Shown: positions 1 to 12,630 of the stretch, piece by piece
Position numbering within the stretch: position 1 is the first letter of the stretch
Layout: each line of letters begins with the position of its first letter
Source: Anthoceros angustus
Taxonomy: Eukaryota > Plantae > Anthocerotophyta
DNA: 64,000 nt
Direction: 5' to 3'
Assembly: GCA_010909165.1 (NCBI GenBank)
Contig: MU008230.1
Span: forward strand, 55,769 to 119,768
Made by a program: the position numbers and the translations under genes
The notes under the pieces: model-generated
Told to the model about the DNA's origin: nothing
Database searches by the model: none
The model's input: the letters and a program-made list of their open reading frames with translations, nothing else

Positions 1-860
1 GTCACAAAGTAATCACTTTTTTCTTCTTGGTCTTGAGCGCTCTTCAATGCCCTTGAAACGCACTAACCGGTTGGTCCCGCTATTCGAACAAACTCCTAAT
101 ACTGCTATCGCTTGAGGCCTCACCGAAATAACTTCCTAATACGATGTTGTGCTTGTTCCATTGCGCAGACCTCAAACAAAATAGCAGTGGCTTGGCTTCC
201 ACAATGCTTGAATACCCATACAGATTGCATCCAAGTCTCGACGTCAGCCTTCAACCTCCAAGCTACCGGTTAATTGGAAGATGTGCGAACAAAGATTGTC
301 AGACAGCGTTGTATCCCGAACATGATTATCATGTGATATCTCATTCTCCGTAACAAGATTTAGGTCGTAATGTTCTTCCTTCTTCTTGTGCCCGAACATA
401 AGATCCATTGGTACACCAAGCAAGGCGCAATAACTGGAAGTATGTTTAAATATACCACATACTTGCACCTTCACAACATGTTTGCAAATGAATCCTTTCC
501 GCCCATCCCACAAGTACTAAATGCCCAAGATTTGGCTTCAACTTAAGGCAAAGAAAGCACATGGATGAGGCCACCAAGCCGTGAAACCCAAATGGTCGTG
601 GAAATTAGTGTAGAGAACTTGGAAGTTGCGTAGTACCGATATATGTGATTGCAAAGGGTTCAAGGACTACACAATTGGTGGTGGTAGTGAATTTTGAGTC
701 TTTGAATCCTTCCGATAGAAACTTGCAGACACATTTGAAGCCTTCACCGTAAATGAAATCTTCTACTCTATTCCATGGAATGTAGGCAATCTTCAAATCC
801 TTCAAAACCTCGCCAAGTTAGATTCTCGGTGTAGAACTGACTAAGCCCCTCGAAATTGCA
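1..860 (-). pseudogene. MULE-derived SWIM zinc-finger gene fragment (At1g60560/At4g13970-like), copy 1
   Basis: Minus-strand peptides FYTENLTW...LKIAYIPWNRVEDFIYGE (about 700-830) resemble the N-terminus of this plant family as recalled (FSWADLTW...VALIPYARVDEFIIGE); GFICKHVVKV (about 465-495) resembles a SWIM CxH end; many frameshifts. Confidence 0.5.
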
Positions 861-892
861 CCTTCACGGACACTCCATGGACGAGCACGTGC

Positions 893-1006
893 CGAATGCT
901 TTGGTTTAGGTTAATGTGTTTGTCTTTGGGTGCTTGGTTTAGGTTAACTGCTTGTCTTTGGGTGCTTGGTTTAGGTTAACTGCTTGTCTTTGGGATGGTT
1001 TGTTTA
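893..1006. repeat. About 33-bp tandem repeat (tttgggtgcttggtttaggttaactgcttgtc), 3-4 units; second array at about 2846-2955
   Basis: Directly visible. Confidence 0.85.
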
Positions 1007-1084
1007 AGACACCGCCGCCCTTCATACTCCTCGCGCACGGCTCTAAAAATCAAGCATGGTTGGTTTACATCACAACCTCACGAC

Positions 1085-1320
1085 GGCCTCCCAAGGCCGC
1101 CACTTCGGAGCCTCCGCCCGCATGGGCCGGGACGCCGGGCGGGGGGAGGCCTTGGGAGGCCGCAGAGGGCTGGAGGCCTTGGGAGGCCACGGGCTGGGAG
1201 GCCTTGGAGGCCGCGGGGGAGGCTAGGCGGGCCTTGGGAGGCCGCGGGAGGCAGGCGGGGGGAGGCCGGGGGAGGGAGGGCCGGGCGGTTTTGGGAGGCC
1301 GCGGGCGGGGTGGGGGATGG
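1085..1320. repeat. GC-rich low-complexity repeat (ggaggccttgggaggccgc-like units)
   Basis: Directly visible. Confidence 0.75.
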
Positions 1321-1750
1321 GCGGGTTGGGACGCCTGTTGTCCATGGCTCTTCGCCACTCACCGATGAGTGATGTGTGATCGGCTCCATTCCGGTGGATG
1401 GCAAGTTCGGGGTCAAATGAAATGGGTGATGATCCGAGTATGGCATGGCATAAACATTGCATCGCTAGTATGTGGGATGCCTGCTGGAAGTGGATTGTTG
1501 CCAGCGGGAGGAAGTGTTTTGTAGGTTCATCTTGCAGGGGCCCCTAGAAATGATGTAAAGTCGCTTGAGGCAGTATAAGTCACAACCGGAGATGCACTTG
1601 GCCAGCCCCATGCCTATCTCGTACTGTGACTCTCGTAAACCCGCCGGTTGAGTCTTGATGTCTGCTCACCAAAGTGAGGAGGACAACTAGCAAAGGCGGG
1701 GACATCGTGGATGGGACGTATTTTTGAATCGTATGTTCGTAGGAAATTGC

Positions 1751-1805
1751 CATACAAGAGCCTTCTAGCCATACAAGAGCCTTCTAACCATACAAGAGCC
1801 TTCAT
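1751..1805. repeat. 19-bp unit catacaagagccttcta(g/a)c x3
   Basis: Directly visible. Confidence 0.85.
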
Positions 1806-1965
1806 TATTGTACTAATTTGTAAAACATCCTAGTAAAGAAGTCCAGCTATACAAGGTCGAAAGCCTCAACAAATTCCTCGAACAAATTCTCACTCGAAAA
1901 ATTTCTTAGCTCGATTGCAAAATTTTTCCCTCGATTGCAAAATTCTCAGCCCTTAGCCTAAAGGT

Positions 1966-2830
1966 GTCACAAAGTAATCACTTTTTTCTTCTTCTCGGTC
2001 TTGAGCGTCTTCAATGCCCTTGAAACGCACTAACCGGTTGGTCCCGCTATCTGAACAAACTCCTCTAATAATGTTTCTGCTTGAGGCCTCGTCCACCGAA
2101 AGAACTTCCCTAATCACGATGTTGTGCTTGTTCCATTATTGCGCAGACTCAAACAAAATAGCGCTTGGCTTCCACAATGCTTGGAATACGGCGATTGCAT
2201 CCAAGTCTCGACGTCATTTCGCCTTCAACCTCCAAGCTACGGGTTAATTGGAAGATGTGCGACAACAAGATTGTCAGACAGTGCGTATCCTCGAACATGA
2301 TTATCATGTGATATCTCATTCTCCGTAACAAGATTTAGGTCGTAATGTTCTTCCTTCTTCTTGTAGAACATAAGATCCATTGGTACACCAAGCAATAACT
2401 GGAAGTATGTTTAAATATACCACATACATTGCACTGCACAACATGTTTGGTCGAACTTTCTCGCCCCATCCCACAAGTACTAAATGCCCAAGATTTGGCT
2501 TCAACTTAAGGCAAAGAAAGCACATGGACAGAGGCCACCAAGCCAGAAACCCAAATGGTGGGAAATTAGTGTAGAGAACTTGGAAGTTGCGTAAGTACCA
2601 TATATGTGATTGCAAAGGTGTCTAAGGACTGCACAATTGGTGGTGGTAGTGAATTTTGAGTCTTGAATCCTTCCGATAGAAACTTGGCACATTTGAAGCC
2701 TTCACCGAATGAAATCTTCTACTCTATTCCATGGAATGTAGGCAATCTTCAAATCCTTCAAAACCCGCCAAGTTAGATTCTCGGTAGAATGACCAAGCCC
2801 TGAAATTGCACCTTCAATGGACACTCCATG
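1966..2830 (-). pseudogene. MULE/SWIM gene fragment, copy 2
   Basis: Near-identical to 1-860 apart from small indels. Confidence 0.5.
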
Positions 2831-3285
2831 GACGAGTACTTGGCCGAATGCTTGGTTTAGGTTAATGTGTTGTCTTTGGGTGCTTGGTTTAGGTTAACTG
2901 CTTTGTCTTTGGGTGCTTGGTTTAGGTTAATCTGTTTGTCTTTGGGATGGTTTGTTTAAGACACCCGCTCAGCTCATACTCGCACGTTCTAAAATCAAGC
3001 ATGGTTGGTTTACATCACAACCTCGCTGTGGTGGGTGCGTATACTAGGGTTGTGCCGGGCAACGCAAGCAGTGACATCTGTATGGACTACATGGTGTTGC
3101 GTTTAAAGTATACCGATGAGAGAGCATCGTGATGGGCGAGGCATGGCATGCCACGCCAGCCTTCACACGCGCGAAGCATTGATTGCTTCGGAGATTGAGA
3201 CGCAGGCCCTCATCCACTATACGCATTTAGGTCGATTCAGCACAATTGGGACTTGCATGAGCAAGACATTAAGTAACGGCACTGG

Positions 3286-3862
3286 TGAAATAAGGTAGAA
3301 AAGTAAAAAAATAAAAAAACTAAGTTAGTAGCTGCTTGTTAAGAAGATGCATGTGTTGCATGCTTCATGCAATGTCCTGTTAGAGAGGAATTGCTACAGC
3401 CACAAATGAAGAGCTGCCTAGAGAGGACTCTATGATCAACTGTAAGAATCCTAGATTTAATAGCTACCTAGTTGAGGTCAGTCATGGGATATGTAAGGGC
3501 TAGAGCAAAGGCTTTGAGGAACAAGTGGGACTCACTCTTTGAAAGAGCAGTAAGCGTGTTTGGAGTTGAGAGAGCTGTAGAGAGCTAGCTAGTGAGCTTG
3601 TCATGGAATCAAGGGCAGTAACCAGTTGGGCGTAGATAGCCAGATTTCATCGTTGTATTCTTGCAATAAAGAGCAACACCTCGATGAGGTGGCCTGCGAG
3701 TCGTTAGTGGACGGCGGGCTACTTGGAGCCTAGTGCTGTGTTGAGAGGTTGAGAGCGCTGAGAATCGTGCAAGTCTCTTGTGGAGTGAATTGGTGAGGTC
3801 CTAGACCGGGCCGGGAAGGCGACTTGTCGCCTCATCGGGTCGAAAGTGAGGGGTGTTACTCA
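3286..3862. mobile_element. Putative solo LTR
   Basis: Starts TG, ends ...gggtgttact(ca) as gypsy LTRs often do, non-coding composition; no TSD or partner LTR seen. Confidence 0.35.
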
Positions 3863-5660
3863 TTAGGGGGTTTGAAGGTTACATTCCGCAAGAGCTCCTC
3901 GACATGATGGACTTGAGGAGTGAAGGCCCATGCCAAGAATGGCTGGAAAATGACAAGCATCAAAGAGTCAAGTGGAGGCTCTTTAAGATTGTGTTAGTTG
4001 GTAAACCACCAGGACTATTTCAAAGACCAACTTCCCGCAATTTTGTGGAAGATTTCGAGAGAGCCAAGCCGATTGGGGCACCATCATGTATGAGGCCTAC
4101 ATCCACCAAAGAAGCTCCTCAAGCCAAATTGTGGATGAGGAAGGGCCAAGGCCTGCTACCTTAGCACCTATTTGGTGCATTTGTGGAAACGAAGGGCTTC
4201 TCACAAGCAAGGAGTTGGAAGATGCTTGGCATCCTTCGAGATAATTCATCTCCACCTTTTGGAAAGGCCTTGCCTTTGCATTGAGGAAGACAAGGGAGGT
4301 CGACTCCACAAGCATGCTAGAGCAAGGAGGAGGATGTGGAGGCAACAAGGTTAGTGGGAATCCCCACAGAGCAAGAAAGAGGAGAGGAAGAACCGCCGAG
4401 GAAGGCCGAATGGTAGTCTATGAGAGGAGGACTACCATGTGAGGGGTGAGCCCAAGGGTGGGGAGTCCCCACCATCTCGCTTTGTGCCTAGCAGAGGCAC
4501 CCCCACCCCACCCTAGGGGAGGCACCACCCAAGAGGGTGGGCGACCACCGTGGGAGTCACCTACCACTAGGTAGGCATCACCATAGAGGCACCACCGAGG
4601 CGGTAGAACCCCACGAGGGAAGAAGGTAGGGAAGGGAGGAAGAGGCCGCGGGCGCCTAGGCCGCCACCACTACCCGCTGGAGGAAGGGCGGATGGAGCGA
4701 CTGTGAGGGACTCCCCGCGCTGATGGCCCGGAGTACAAGGGAGCTGGAGATTTCAAGGGGCCAACAAAGGTAATTGGGACCCTAGAGAATTGGTGCTTGT
4801 GAAGCACTCACCATGTGGATTTGAAGGGGCTAGGAGCTAGCAGCCTCCTTGTGGGCATGCCAAGAGGAAGTGAAAGCCCAAGACATGGCCGGAGGAAGGC
4901 TGGGACTGGCAATTGGAGCCATGGAGTCCGAAAAGGCAGCCAAGTTGGGAGAAGGTCAGAGAAGCTCCACGGATCAACGGCGGGAGAAGGTCCTAGAGGG
5001 AAGGTTGTCAAGAGGAGAGAGCCATTCGGCAACAACCCAAAGGGATTCATGGAGAAAGGCGAGGAGCACTTTTGCCCAATTAGAGCAAGAGCGAAGGGCA
5101 AAACGAGGCTCTGAAGGGAGAAGGTAGCGGTCCAAAGAATGGACGCAAGAGTGTGATGGCTACCCAAGCCATCAAGATCCGGACATGAAGAAGGAATTGA
5201 AAAGAGAGGCGCCGAGCTGGAGGCTCAAGACCAAGACTGCAAGAGTTGAGCAAAAAGAGTGCGTGAGGAGAGGGAGAGACTTGCTGCAGAATTGGAACAA
5301 AGGAGGTTCCAGAGGAGGAGCACCACAAGAAGGTGGTGCATGTGATGCCGGGTGAGAGGAAGAAGATTTTGGCATTATGCCCGTGCAAAATGGCCAACCA
5401 AATGGAAGTGAGGGAGGAGAATGTACCTCCATGTCAAGGTGGGAGAATTGACCACCAAGGGATGCCTACAAGGTAGGTGTGAGATGGAGAGTGGCCCACG
5501 AGATTGATGATCTCCAAATGCAATATCATAGCTTGGGGCTCACCTCCATAACAGATTTTGAAGGCCAACAAGTCTTATTGGCCAAGAGGAGGACATTGGG
5601 TCCTCATGATGATGGAGGAGCTGTGCAAGCCTACTTTGATGAGGCTATCAAGTGACATGG
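3863..5660 (+). pseudogene. Degenerate extra ORF of family B (DWGTIMYEAYIH...CYLSTYLVHLW motif)
   Basis: Motif at 4071-4190 conserved in B2 and B3; frameshifted. Confidence 0.6.
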
Positions 5661-7422
5661 ACTCCGAGGAACTGGGAGTCAAGGTGGAGAAGAGCGGCAC
5701 CAAGGGGTGATGGCGGAGAGCAAGGAGGGGGACCCCCGGGGTCACCCTACCATGGTGACACTACCACGGTAGTCCGCCGATCACGTAGACAACACACACG
5801 GTAGTCCCGATCTAGGGCAACCGAGCAGGGCTTGCTGGGAGTCGCGAGCCGGAGGATGAAGGAGCCGGGGTCCGTGACACACCGGAGAATAGAGGAGGGG
5901 GAGACAACCCCACCGAGGAGAGTACGGATCCGCCCCGCCAAGGAAGAAGGGGGGTGAGAAGTTCCTCCCCACGAGCAGGGAAGGGCCCGAGCCAGAGGAG
6001 TCAGATGAAAAAGGCCCGGGATTAGAAGGGATCCGCATGGTCAAATGGGGATGAAGACTTTGAAGATGCTCCATGATAGGTATGGACAAATCAAACAAGG
6101 CAAAGAGCAATGGAGATCTTGACCAACCTCACCGATGGAGAAGAAGGAGAAAGGGCCGACTACCATGGTAAGTCACCACCCCGTAGTCCGCCACTACCGC
6201 GGGTGGGAAGATGACCAGCGCGGAGGCTGAGAAAAGGCGCTGAGCGCGGAGGGGGGCGCATTGCCGGATGATGGAGGAATCAGCGCGCCTGAGATGGAGG
6301 AAGGGGCAAGATTGTACTTGCCCCACACATTGGGAAGATGACAAGGCTGGGAAGGGCAAGAGCAAAAGGAGGGCGAGGGAGCCAATCCACACACGCTGCC
6401 CACCCCAAAGAAGGTAAGGACTAGATATGGTCAAAGACCATAAATGTTGATAGAAGAATAGAAAGGATAGGTGTATCGACATCCTTTAAGGATGATCTTA
6501 GGTGAAGTTAGAATAGAATTTACCAACTATAGTTTAGATGCCGTGCCTTAAATGTCAAGTGTAGGAAATAATAGAATATTGGAAAAGGTGACCGCAGAGG
6601 GTCACCTAAGGGAGGTTGTATGTGGAAGGCCTCCTATAAGAGGAGGAGGATTTCACAAAGTAAAGTATCGCCTTGCCCACCCCGAGTCCTTTGCCATTAC
6701 AGAGGAATTTTACCGTGGAGCCAACGCAGTCTGTAGAGAGGAAGTCGTGGTCTGAGTGTTGGTGGAGGACTTGCTCCCGCAAGTGCCTAAACGAGTTGCT
6801 CCCTTGTGAATGGTGTGAAATTGCTTTGCTTTGGGTGTGTGGCAATGCCTGTGAACTCGGCTTGAGGGTAGACCGTGGAAAGACTCGAGGTTCACTGGTG
6901 TCAAACTCATAGCAACCGCCCAAGGAAGAACTTGCCGGTGGAGGCCGACCCTGTGCACAGCCGTAAGGGCGAGCCAAGAAGCCCGAACCGAGGTTAGAAT
7001 AGGAGGAAGAGGATGAGGAGATGAGTAGAGGATAGTGTAGGTGTTAGTGGAAGGCCACAGTGCCTAAGGGACGAATCCCAACTGCAAGTAAAAGAGCGCC
7101 TCCGAGTGGAGAAGAGTGGTCTTAGAAGTAGGGACGAAATCGCTGTGTCCCCTGGCGCCCGTGATAGGCTCCTCACCGCTAAGGCAGGACCCGCAATTGT
7201 GTTGTGTCGAGGATTGGTGAGGAGCAAGGCAAGTGGTGCACGCCAAGAGGGAGAGTAGAGGGCGCCTTGCTTGTTTAGAAGGCTGAGAAGTTGTGTCTCG
7301 CAGTAGCGATCACAAGACCTCGAACTTTCACACAAGTCTCATGGGACTAAAACCAACGCACGGGCGATGTGATAAGTGTGGCCGCTGGTGGGAGGATCTA
7401 AGCCCGGGTTTTCCCTACCACA
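3863..7422 (+). mobile_element. Athila/Tat-like gypsy family B, copy B1: extra (env-position) ORF remnant, purine-rich spacer and 3' LTR ending ...ccctaccaca
   Basis: Homologous to 45050-49270 (minus), 57929-59500 (minus) and 63022-63475; in B3 the same ORF lies downstream of an Athila/Tat-type integrase. Confidence 0.7.
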
Positions 7423-8044
7423 TAAGTCGTGCTTTAATTTTAATCTCACCTATATATGTAGGGTATTGTGTTAGTGTGTAAAATCAAACCTTTGTGCCCA
7501 ACCCACCGGAAACTTTAGCGAAGTTGTTGCACATGGGACTTTCAGATCGCTCAATCTCAACAAGTCCTCCTTTGTTTCGTCAATTTTAGTCTCGGGCTAT
7601 ATATGTAGGGTTTCACGTATCGTCAATATCATTGAACCGCTTGAGTTCCAAGTTGTAGCAAAATCTACAATTTGTTGTGCACTTGCTTGGGAACTTGTGC
7701 AGACGAGATTATGGCATCGTGTGATGCTACGGCTCGCTTTGGACCCAAGTCGCAGCGATGGGGGCGATATGGACGCAACATTGTGGGAGAACCTCCGACG
7801 ACGTAGGGGCGGGTGTTGTCCTCTGCTGGCAAGCGCTTCGCTCGAAAGTATGCACTACTACACAAAGATAGGGTTTTTACGCATCCCAAATCACGGACAA
7901 GTCCTTATTTTGGTGTTATAAAATAATAACGCCGCACTCGAATATAACGCTCGAGGTGGGTGCGGGGCATAGGTGGATCGACAATAACGGCTGCCTCTCT
8001 CGCCTATGTCACCGGAGCACCCGCCCACGTTCACACGCTTCGGT

Positions 8045-8460
8045 CCCACCGTTTTGTGCCGTCCCCGGCCCCTCGCCTGCCCCTCGCGCCCTGCCCCTGC
8101 CTGCCTCGTGCCTGCCTTGGTGCCTGCCGTCGACAGCTTTTTGTGCCGCTGCCCCTGTGGCGTGCCCCTCGAAGCCTGCCCCTCGTCAGTCCGTGGCGCC
8201 CCTCGATCCTGCCTCGTGGCCGCCTCCGAGCTCGCCCCGAGCCTGCCCGAGCCTGCCCCTCGAGCCCGTCCCCGCGCGTCCGGCCTGCCCCGAGCCTGGG
8301 CCCCTCGTGGCCGCCTCGAGCCTGCCCCTCGGGCCGCCCCTCGGCCTGCCCCCGAGCCTGCCCCGGGTGGCCGCCCCGAGCCCGCCCCGAGCCCGCCCCT
8401 GCTCCTGCCTTGGTGCCCGCCCTCGCCCACCCGCCCCCGTGCCCGCCCCTCACAACCTGC
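8045..8460. repeat. GC-rich gcctgcccc/gcccc(t)cg repeat tract inside the CACTA left arm
   Basis: Directly visible; generates spurious ORFs in all frames. Confidence 0.8.
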
Positions 8461-10735
8461 TCGTATGTGAGAGATCTTTTCCGAAGACCTTACAAGATTC
8501 TAAGGCCATAAAGCATGGGTTGAGCACGAGACCTCACCTAGAATATACCACGGGTACTACCACCGCATTTACCGTGACTCCACAAACAAGTTCAAGATGT
8601 AATTTATTCATCTCTGAACCATTTACAAATTCCGGCAATTGACAAGTCCCATGTTTCACCAATGCCTCGAGGTAGCCGCCATGTGAATCGCCTAAGCAAG
8701 CCTAGGCTCCACCCGCTAGTGAGGCGTGCACGTCCACTACCACCATCTCGCAACGCCCGCTGCTCAAACAAGAATGCATACGCCTTTGCCAAGAATCGTA
8801 CGAGCCTCATGCTACCAACACAATGGCACGCCTTCACAATGGCGAGTGAAGCTCTCAAAGACCTCAAAACCAGCCTGCTCATTAGAAACAAAATCCGAGT
8901 AGCGTATAAAATCTTCACCGCCATTGTAAACGAAGGGCATGCGACAATGTGGTGATGCCATGCCGTCCAACATCCAAAGAAACAATCTTCAACGTGGCCA
9001 ACCTGTGGTGCCCTTATGAATTTTGAGCGTGATGGCCCACCACGTAACGAGGCGTTTTGATCCCATGGTGGCCCGAAGAGCGAACTTGAACTTTGGGCCC
9101 CACCGGTTAGCCCGAGGTGTAAGATATCTTGCTCAAGCTCCTTCAAGAAGCTTCCATCGCCCGCCAGCTCCAACTGTCGCCAAACCCGATTCCCCGGTCT
9201 CGAACCCTCCAAATGCCGGCTCCAGATCTACAACAAGGACATCGAACTTTGGCCAAATGTAGGGACAAAAACATCTTATCGACTGTGTCCCATCTCGCAC
9301 AATCGGGATGTTCGGAGGGGTGTCACCCTCATAGCCTCCCACGCCGCTACAAATTCACCTAGCTCCTTTGTTTTGGCCTAGCATGCTCCTAGCCGCCTTT
9401 GCACATCCAACCCACCACCTACCATTGCTTACATGGATTGTGGGGCGATGGCAAGGCCCGATCATCATTGCCGAGGCGTGTGATGTGGCTGCTTTTCTCC
9501 ATCAACTCTATGGCGGTCCCTCTCGATTATAGAGATAATGCATTAATTAAATCGATAAAATAATTACATCATTGATAATCAAGAAAAGAACCAAAGTGTT
9601 TATGAGACTTGGACAACTTAACTAAAACCGAAAAGTCATGTCCGTTTTCGCTAAAGGTCGCAACCCTAATGAAAGGGTATATATAACTTAAGCTAAGTTA
9701 TATGTGTGACTAATAAGCTAACCCTAGGTTACTTAACATTATGATAACACCCTAAGTACTCATTACTTCACTCCCACTTGTTGAATGCATGTTAAGTACA
9801 CTCCTTCCTTGTGCGTCCCTTGTGAGCGTGAGCGCCACTTGAGCTTCACCCTCCTTAGCCATTTACCACGCAGGAGCAATGGAGCGTGAGGATGAGATGC
9901 CTCGCCCGAGGTACGCTGGTATTTAACCGCAGCCCTCGCGCCTCATTTCAAGATTCCAACTTTGGAGGAGAGCGCTTGCTGCTATGTCTTCTATCACAAC
10001 ACCATCTGATGATGCCTCGAAGGCTCGGGCTTACAATCGTGATCCCCTTGGTCGATTTTCAGCTAGAACACCTGCCATGAGAAGCCCAAAGAACTCACGA
10101 CACGCTGCTAAAGGTCCCCGCCGCTAGGCGTCCAAGAGGGAGGCCACCGTGGCGTGGTAGAAAGGGCGGGGCACGAGTGCCACCGCGATGCCGCCTATGG
10201 GGCTTCTTCTCGCGGTGCCCACCAACTAACGGTGTAAAGATTGCTGCGAGAGGAGGTTCGACGAGGGTGAATATGCCTACTCATTGTGAGGCGATTCCAC
10301 CGTGCCATTTTCCCCGCCATAAGAGAGTATGATGAAGAGACGAGTGTGCCCGGAAACATAAAACACCCGGATCGCCACTATGGTATCGATGTCGGGTGAC
10401 CGACACATACTGCCGTGGTGAAGGTCACCATGTGGAATACACCGCACACGCAGCCGCCTTCTGAAGCGTTGATTTCCGCCGCTTGCTTTTAGCCCCTTCG
10501 CTTATTGTGCTCCCACCGCTCGAGAAATTCTAACATCACACCGCTGCATCAGGACCGACATCCGCCAGGGAGGAGGAACGCCTCGAACTCAAGAACGACA
10601 TCTTATCGTGAAAGGAAGAGACGAATAGCCCTCTCAAGGAGAAAGCTTCTCACATCAAGAGCCGGATTCGAGAATCCGACGAGGAAAATAACAACATTGA
10701 TGATTCGATGAAGCGAGCTTCAATCGGGATTAGGG

Positions 10736-10930
10736 CTAGGCCTTTTCTTTTGCTTTGATCGCTTTGAGGAAGTCTTGCGACCTCCCGAGTCCCGGACTCT
10801 TTACATGTTTGTGGTGTAACTCTCGGCCTAGAGCCTTAGTCAAGATATCCGCAGGGTTGTCGGTTGTTGGTATGTAGTCCAAGTATATTTTCCCCGCCAC
10901 CGCTTCTTGGATTTGTTGTCCTCTGAGCAT
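10736..10930 (-). pseudogene. Copia RNase H C-terminal fragment
   Basis: IYLDYIPTTDNPADILTKALGRELHHKHV. Confidence 0.85.
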
Positions 10931-11322
10931 TCCTCCATTGGATGCGCTCGCGTTGATCGCTGCCGTCCACCAAAGTTGGCCATTCATTTGGCCAGCCTTT
11001 TTTTTGTTATTTTCAAGAAACATTTGTAGCTTTGTAAATGATTCTATAATAAAATATTTGCCAATTAGCTTGTTCTAGCGTGCCTAGTGCCAGATTGCAG
11101 AGGTGCAATCTGACAATGGATGCACTAGAACAGCCTCCTAGAAATGCAAATCTTTTAAAATATAAATCAAGAAAGCTATAAACTCATTTCTTGAAATTTG
11201 CTTTAAAGGTTTCTTTACAAGAAAACAACAATCAAAACATATAAACAAAGTACATTGTCCTGCACATCAGAATGTGCAGATTTTAATGTGCATTCTCACA
11301 AATGCAATCTACACCTAAACAT

Positions 11323-11335
11323 GGCTCTGATACCA
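11323..11335 (-). promoter_or_regulatory. Primer-binding site (initiator tRNA-Met)
   Basis: TGGTATCAGAGCC immediately after LTR end ...TGTCA on minus strand. Confidence 0.9.
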
Positions 11336-11819
11336 TGACAAATATTGGATAGGATTGGTGTAGACCAATTGCTATATTAAACAATTACATTATATATTTG
11401 TTATATCAATGAGTATATGAAGAATGACATATAACTAACTTAAGCTAGGTAGGTGAATAGACACACCCTTTCATAGAGACGTAACCCTAATGAGCAGACA
11501 CCTAGACTTATAATAGCTATGAACACATTCACTATACATGTGTACCAAACGAACCCTAATGTATTTACCTATTCTCATCACTTGAATGGCACCATCTGCG
11601 CTGCATTAGGTGCCACAAAACAAAGGGTTAGCACTAGGGCATCCAAAATCGCTTCTAACATTTGCCTCAATGTAGTCATATCCTCTGGCCTCACAACGCG
11701 GGCGGGTTGCGAACATGATCTACAAGGGCTTGAAGGGTGTCCGATTGGCGGGATTGAGCTCACATGATCGGCCAGCAGTTGGGCACGTTCTTCCGCGTCT
11801 TTGGACAAATGTGGTCCAC

Positions 11820-12630
11820 CTCCTCCCCTCCCTCCCTCCCATCCCATCCCCATCCCTATCCCCATCCCTTCCCATCCCCATCCCCGCCATCCCCATCCCT
11901 CGCCATCCCATCCCCATCCCATCCCATCCCCATCCCTCCCCATCCCTCCCATCCCATCCCCATCCCCTTCATCCCATCCCCATCCTCCCTTCCCATCATC
12001 CCTGTCCCATCCCTCCCATCCCCATCCCTCCCCACATCCCTCCCTCCCTCCCATCCCCATCCCATCCCCATCCCTCAGGTCTTCCCATCCCATCCCCATC
12101 CCTATCCCCATCCCATCCCCATCCCATCCCATCCCCATCGGTCCCATCCCCATCTCCCATCCCATCCCATCCCATCCCATCCCATCCCATCCCATCCCAT
12201 CCCATCCCATCCCATCCCATCCCATCCCATCCCATCCCATCCCATCCCCATCCCATCCCATCCCATCCCCATCCCATCCCAATCCCATCCCTGGTCCCAT
12301 CCCATCCCATCCATCCCCATCCCCATCCCATCCCCATCCCATCCCCATCATCCCCATCCCATCCCCATCCCCATCCCATCCCCATCCCCATCCCCATCCC
12401 ATCCCATCCCTCCCCATCCCCATCCCCATCCCCATCCCCATCCCCATCCCCATCCCCATCCCATCCCCATCCCCATCCCCATCCCCATCCCCATCCCATC
12501 CTCATCCCCATCCCCATCCCCATCCCTCCCCATCCCCATCCCCATCCCTCCCCATCCCCATCCCCATCCCCTCCCCATCCCCATCCCCATCCCTCCTCAT
12601 CCCCATCCCCTCCCTCCCCTATCCCCATAC
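11820..12630. repeat. (CCCAT)n/(CCCCAT)n microsatellite, about 800 bp
   Basis: Directly visible. Confidence 0.95.

Larger units (their letters stand above)
1..3023. repeat. Direct duplication: 1-1078 repeated at 1966-3023 (offset about 1965 bp)
   Basis: Both copies start gtcacaaagtaatcacttttt and end ggtttacatcacaacctc. Confidence 0.9.
9527..11580 (-). mobile_element. Internally deleted copia family D element D1 nested in the CACTA
   Basis: 5' LTR 11336-11580, PBS 11323-11335, RNase H C-terminus, about 1 kb 3' region, PPT caagtgggag 9771-9781, 3' LTR about 9527-9770; flanks CTCGA/CTTGA. Confidence 0.7.

Noticed and set aside
893-1006. TTTAGG-containing repeats as interstitial telomere or CRISPR-like array
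   Set aside because: Units are TTTAGGTT inside a 33-bp tandem repeat, with no TTTAGGG runs and no unique spacers
952-1462. Overlapping ORFs in several frames
   Set aside because: GC-rich low-complexity repeat with no domain motifs
3024-3285. Possible copia integrase remnant (WxEA-like)
   Set aside because: Too degenerate to support
7891-8642. Overlapping 140-228-aa ORFs
   Set aside because: GC-rich gcctgcccc repeats in the CACTA arm
9400-9520. Possible Ulp1 protease or transposase motif inside the CACTA
   Set aside because: No catalytic motif could be read convincingly in any frame
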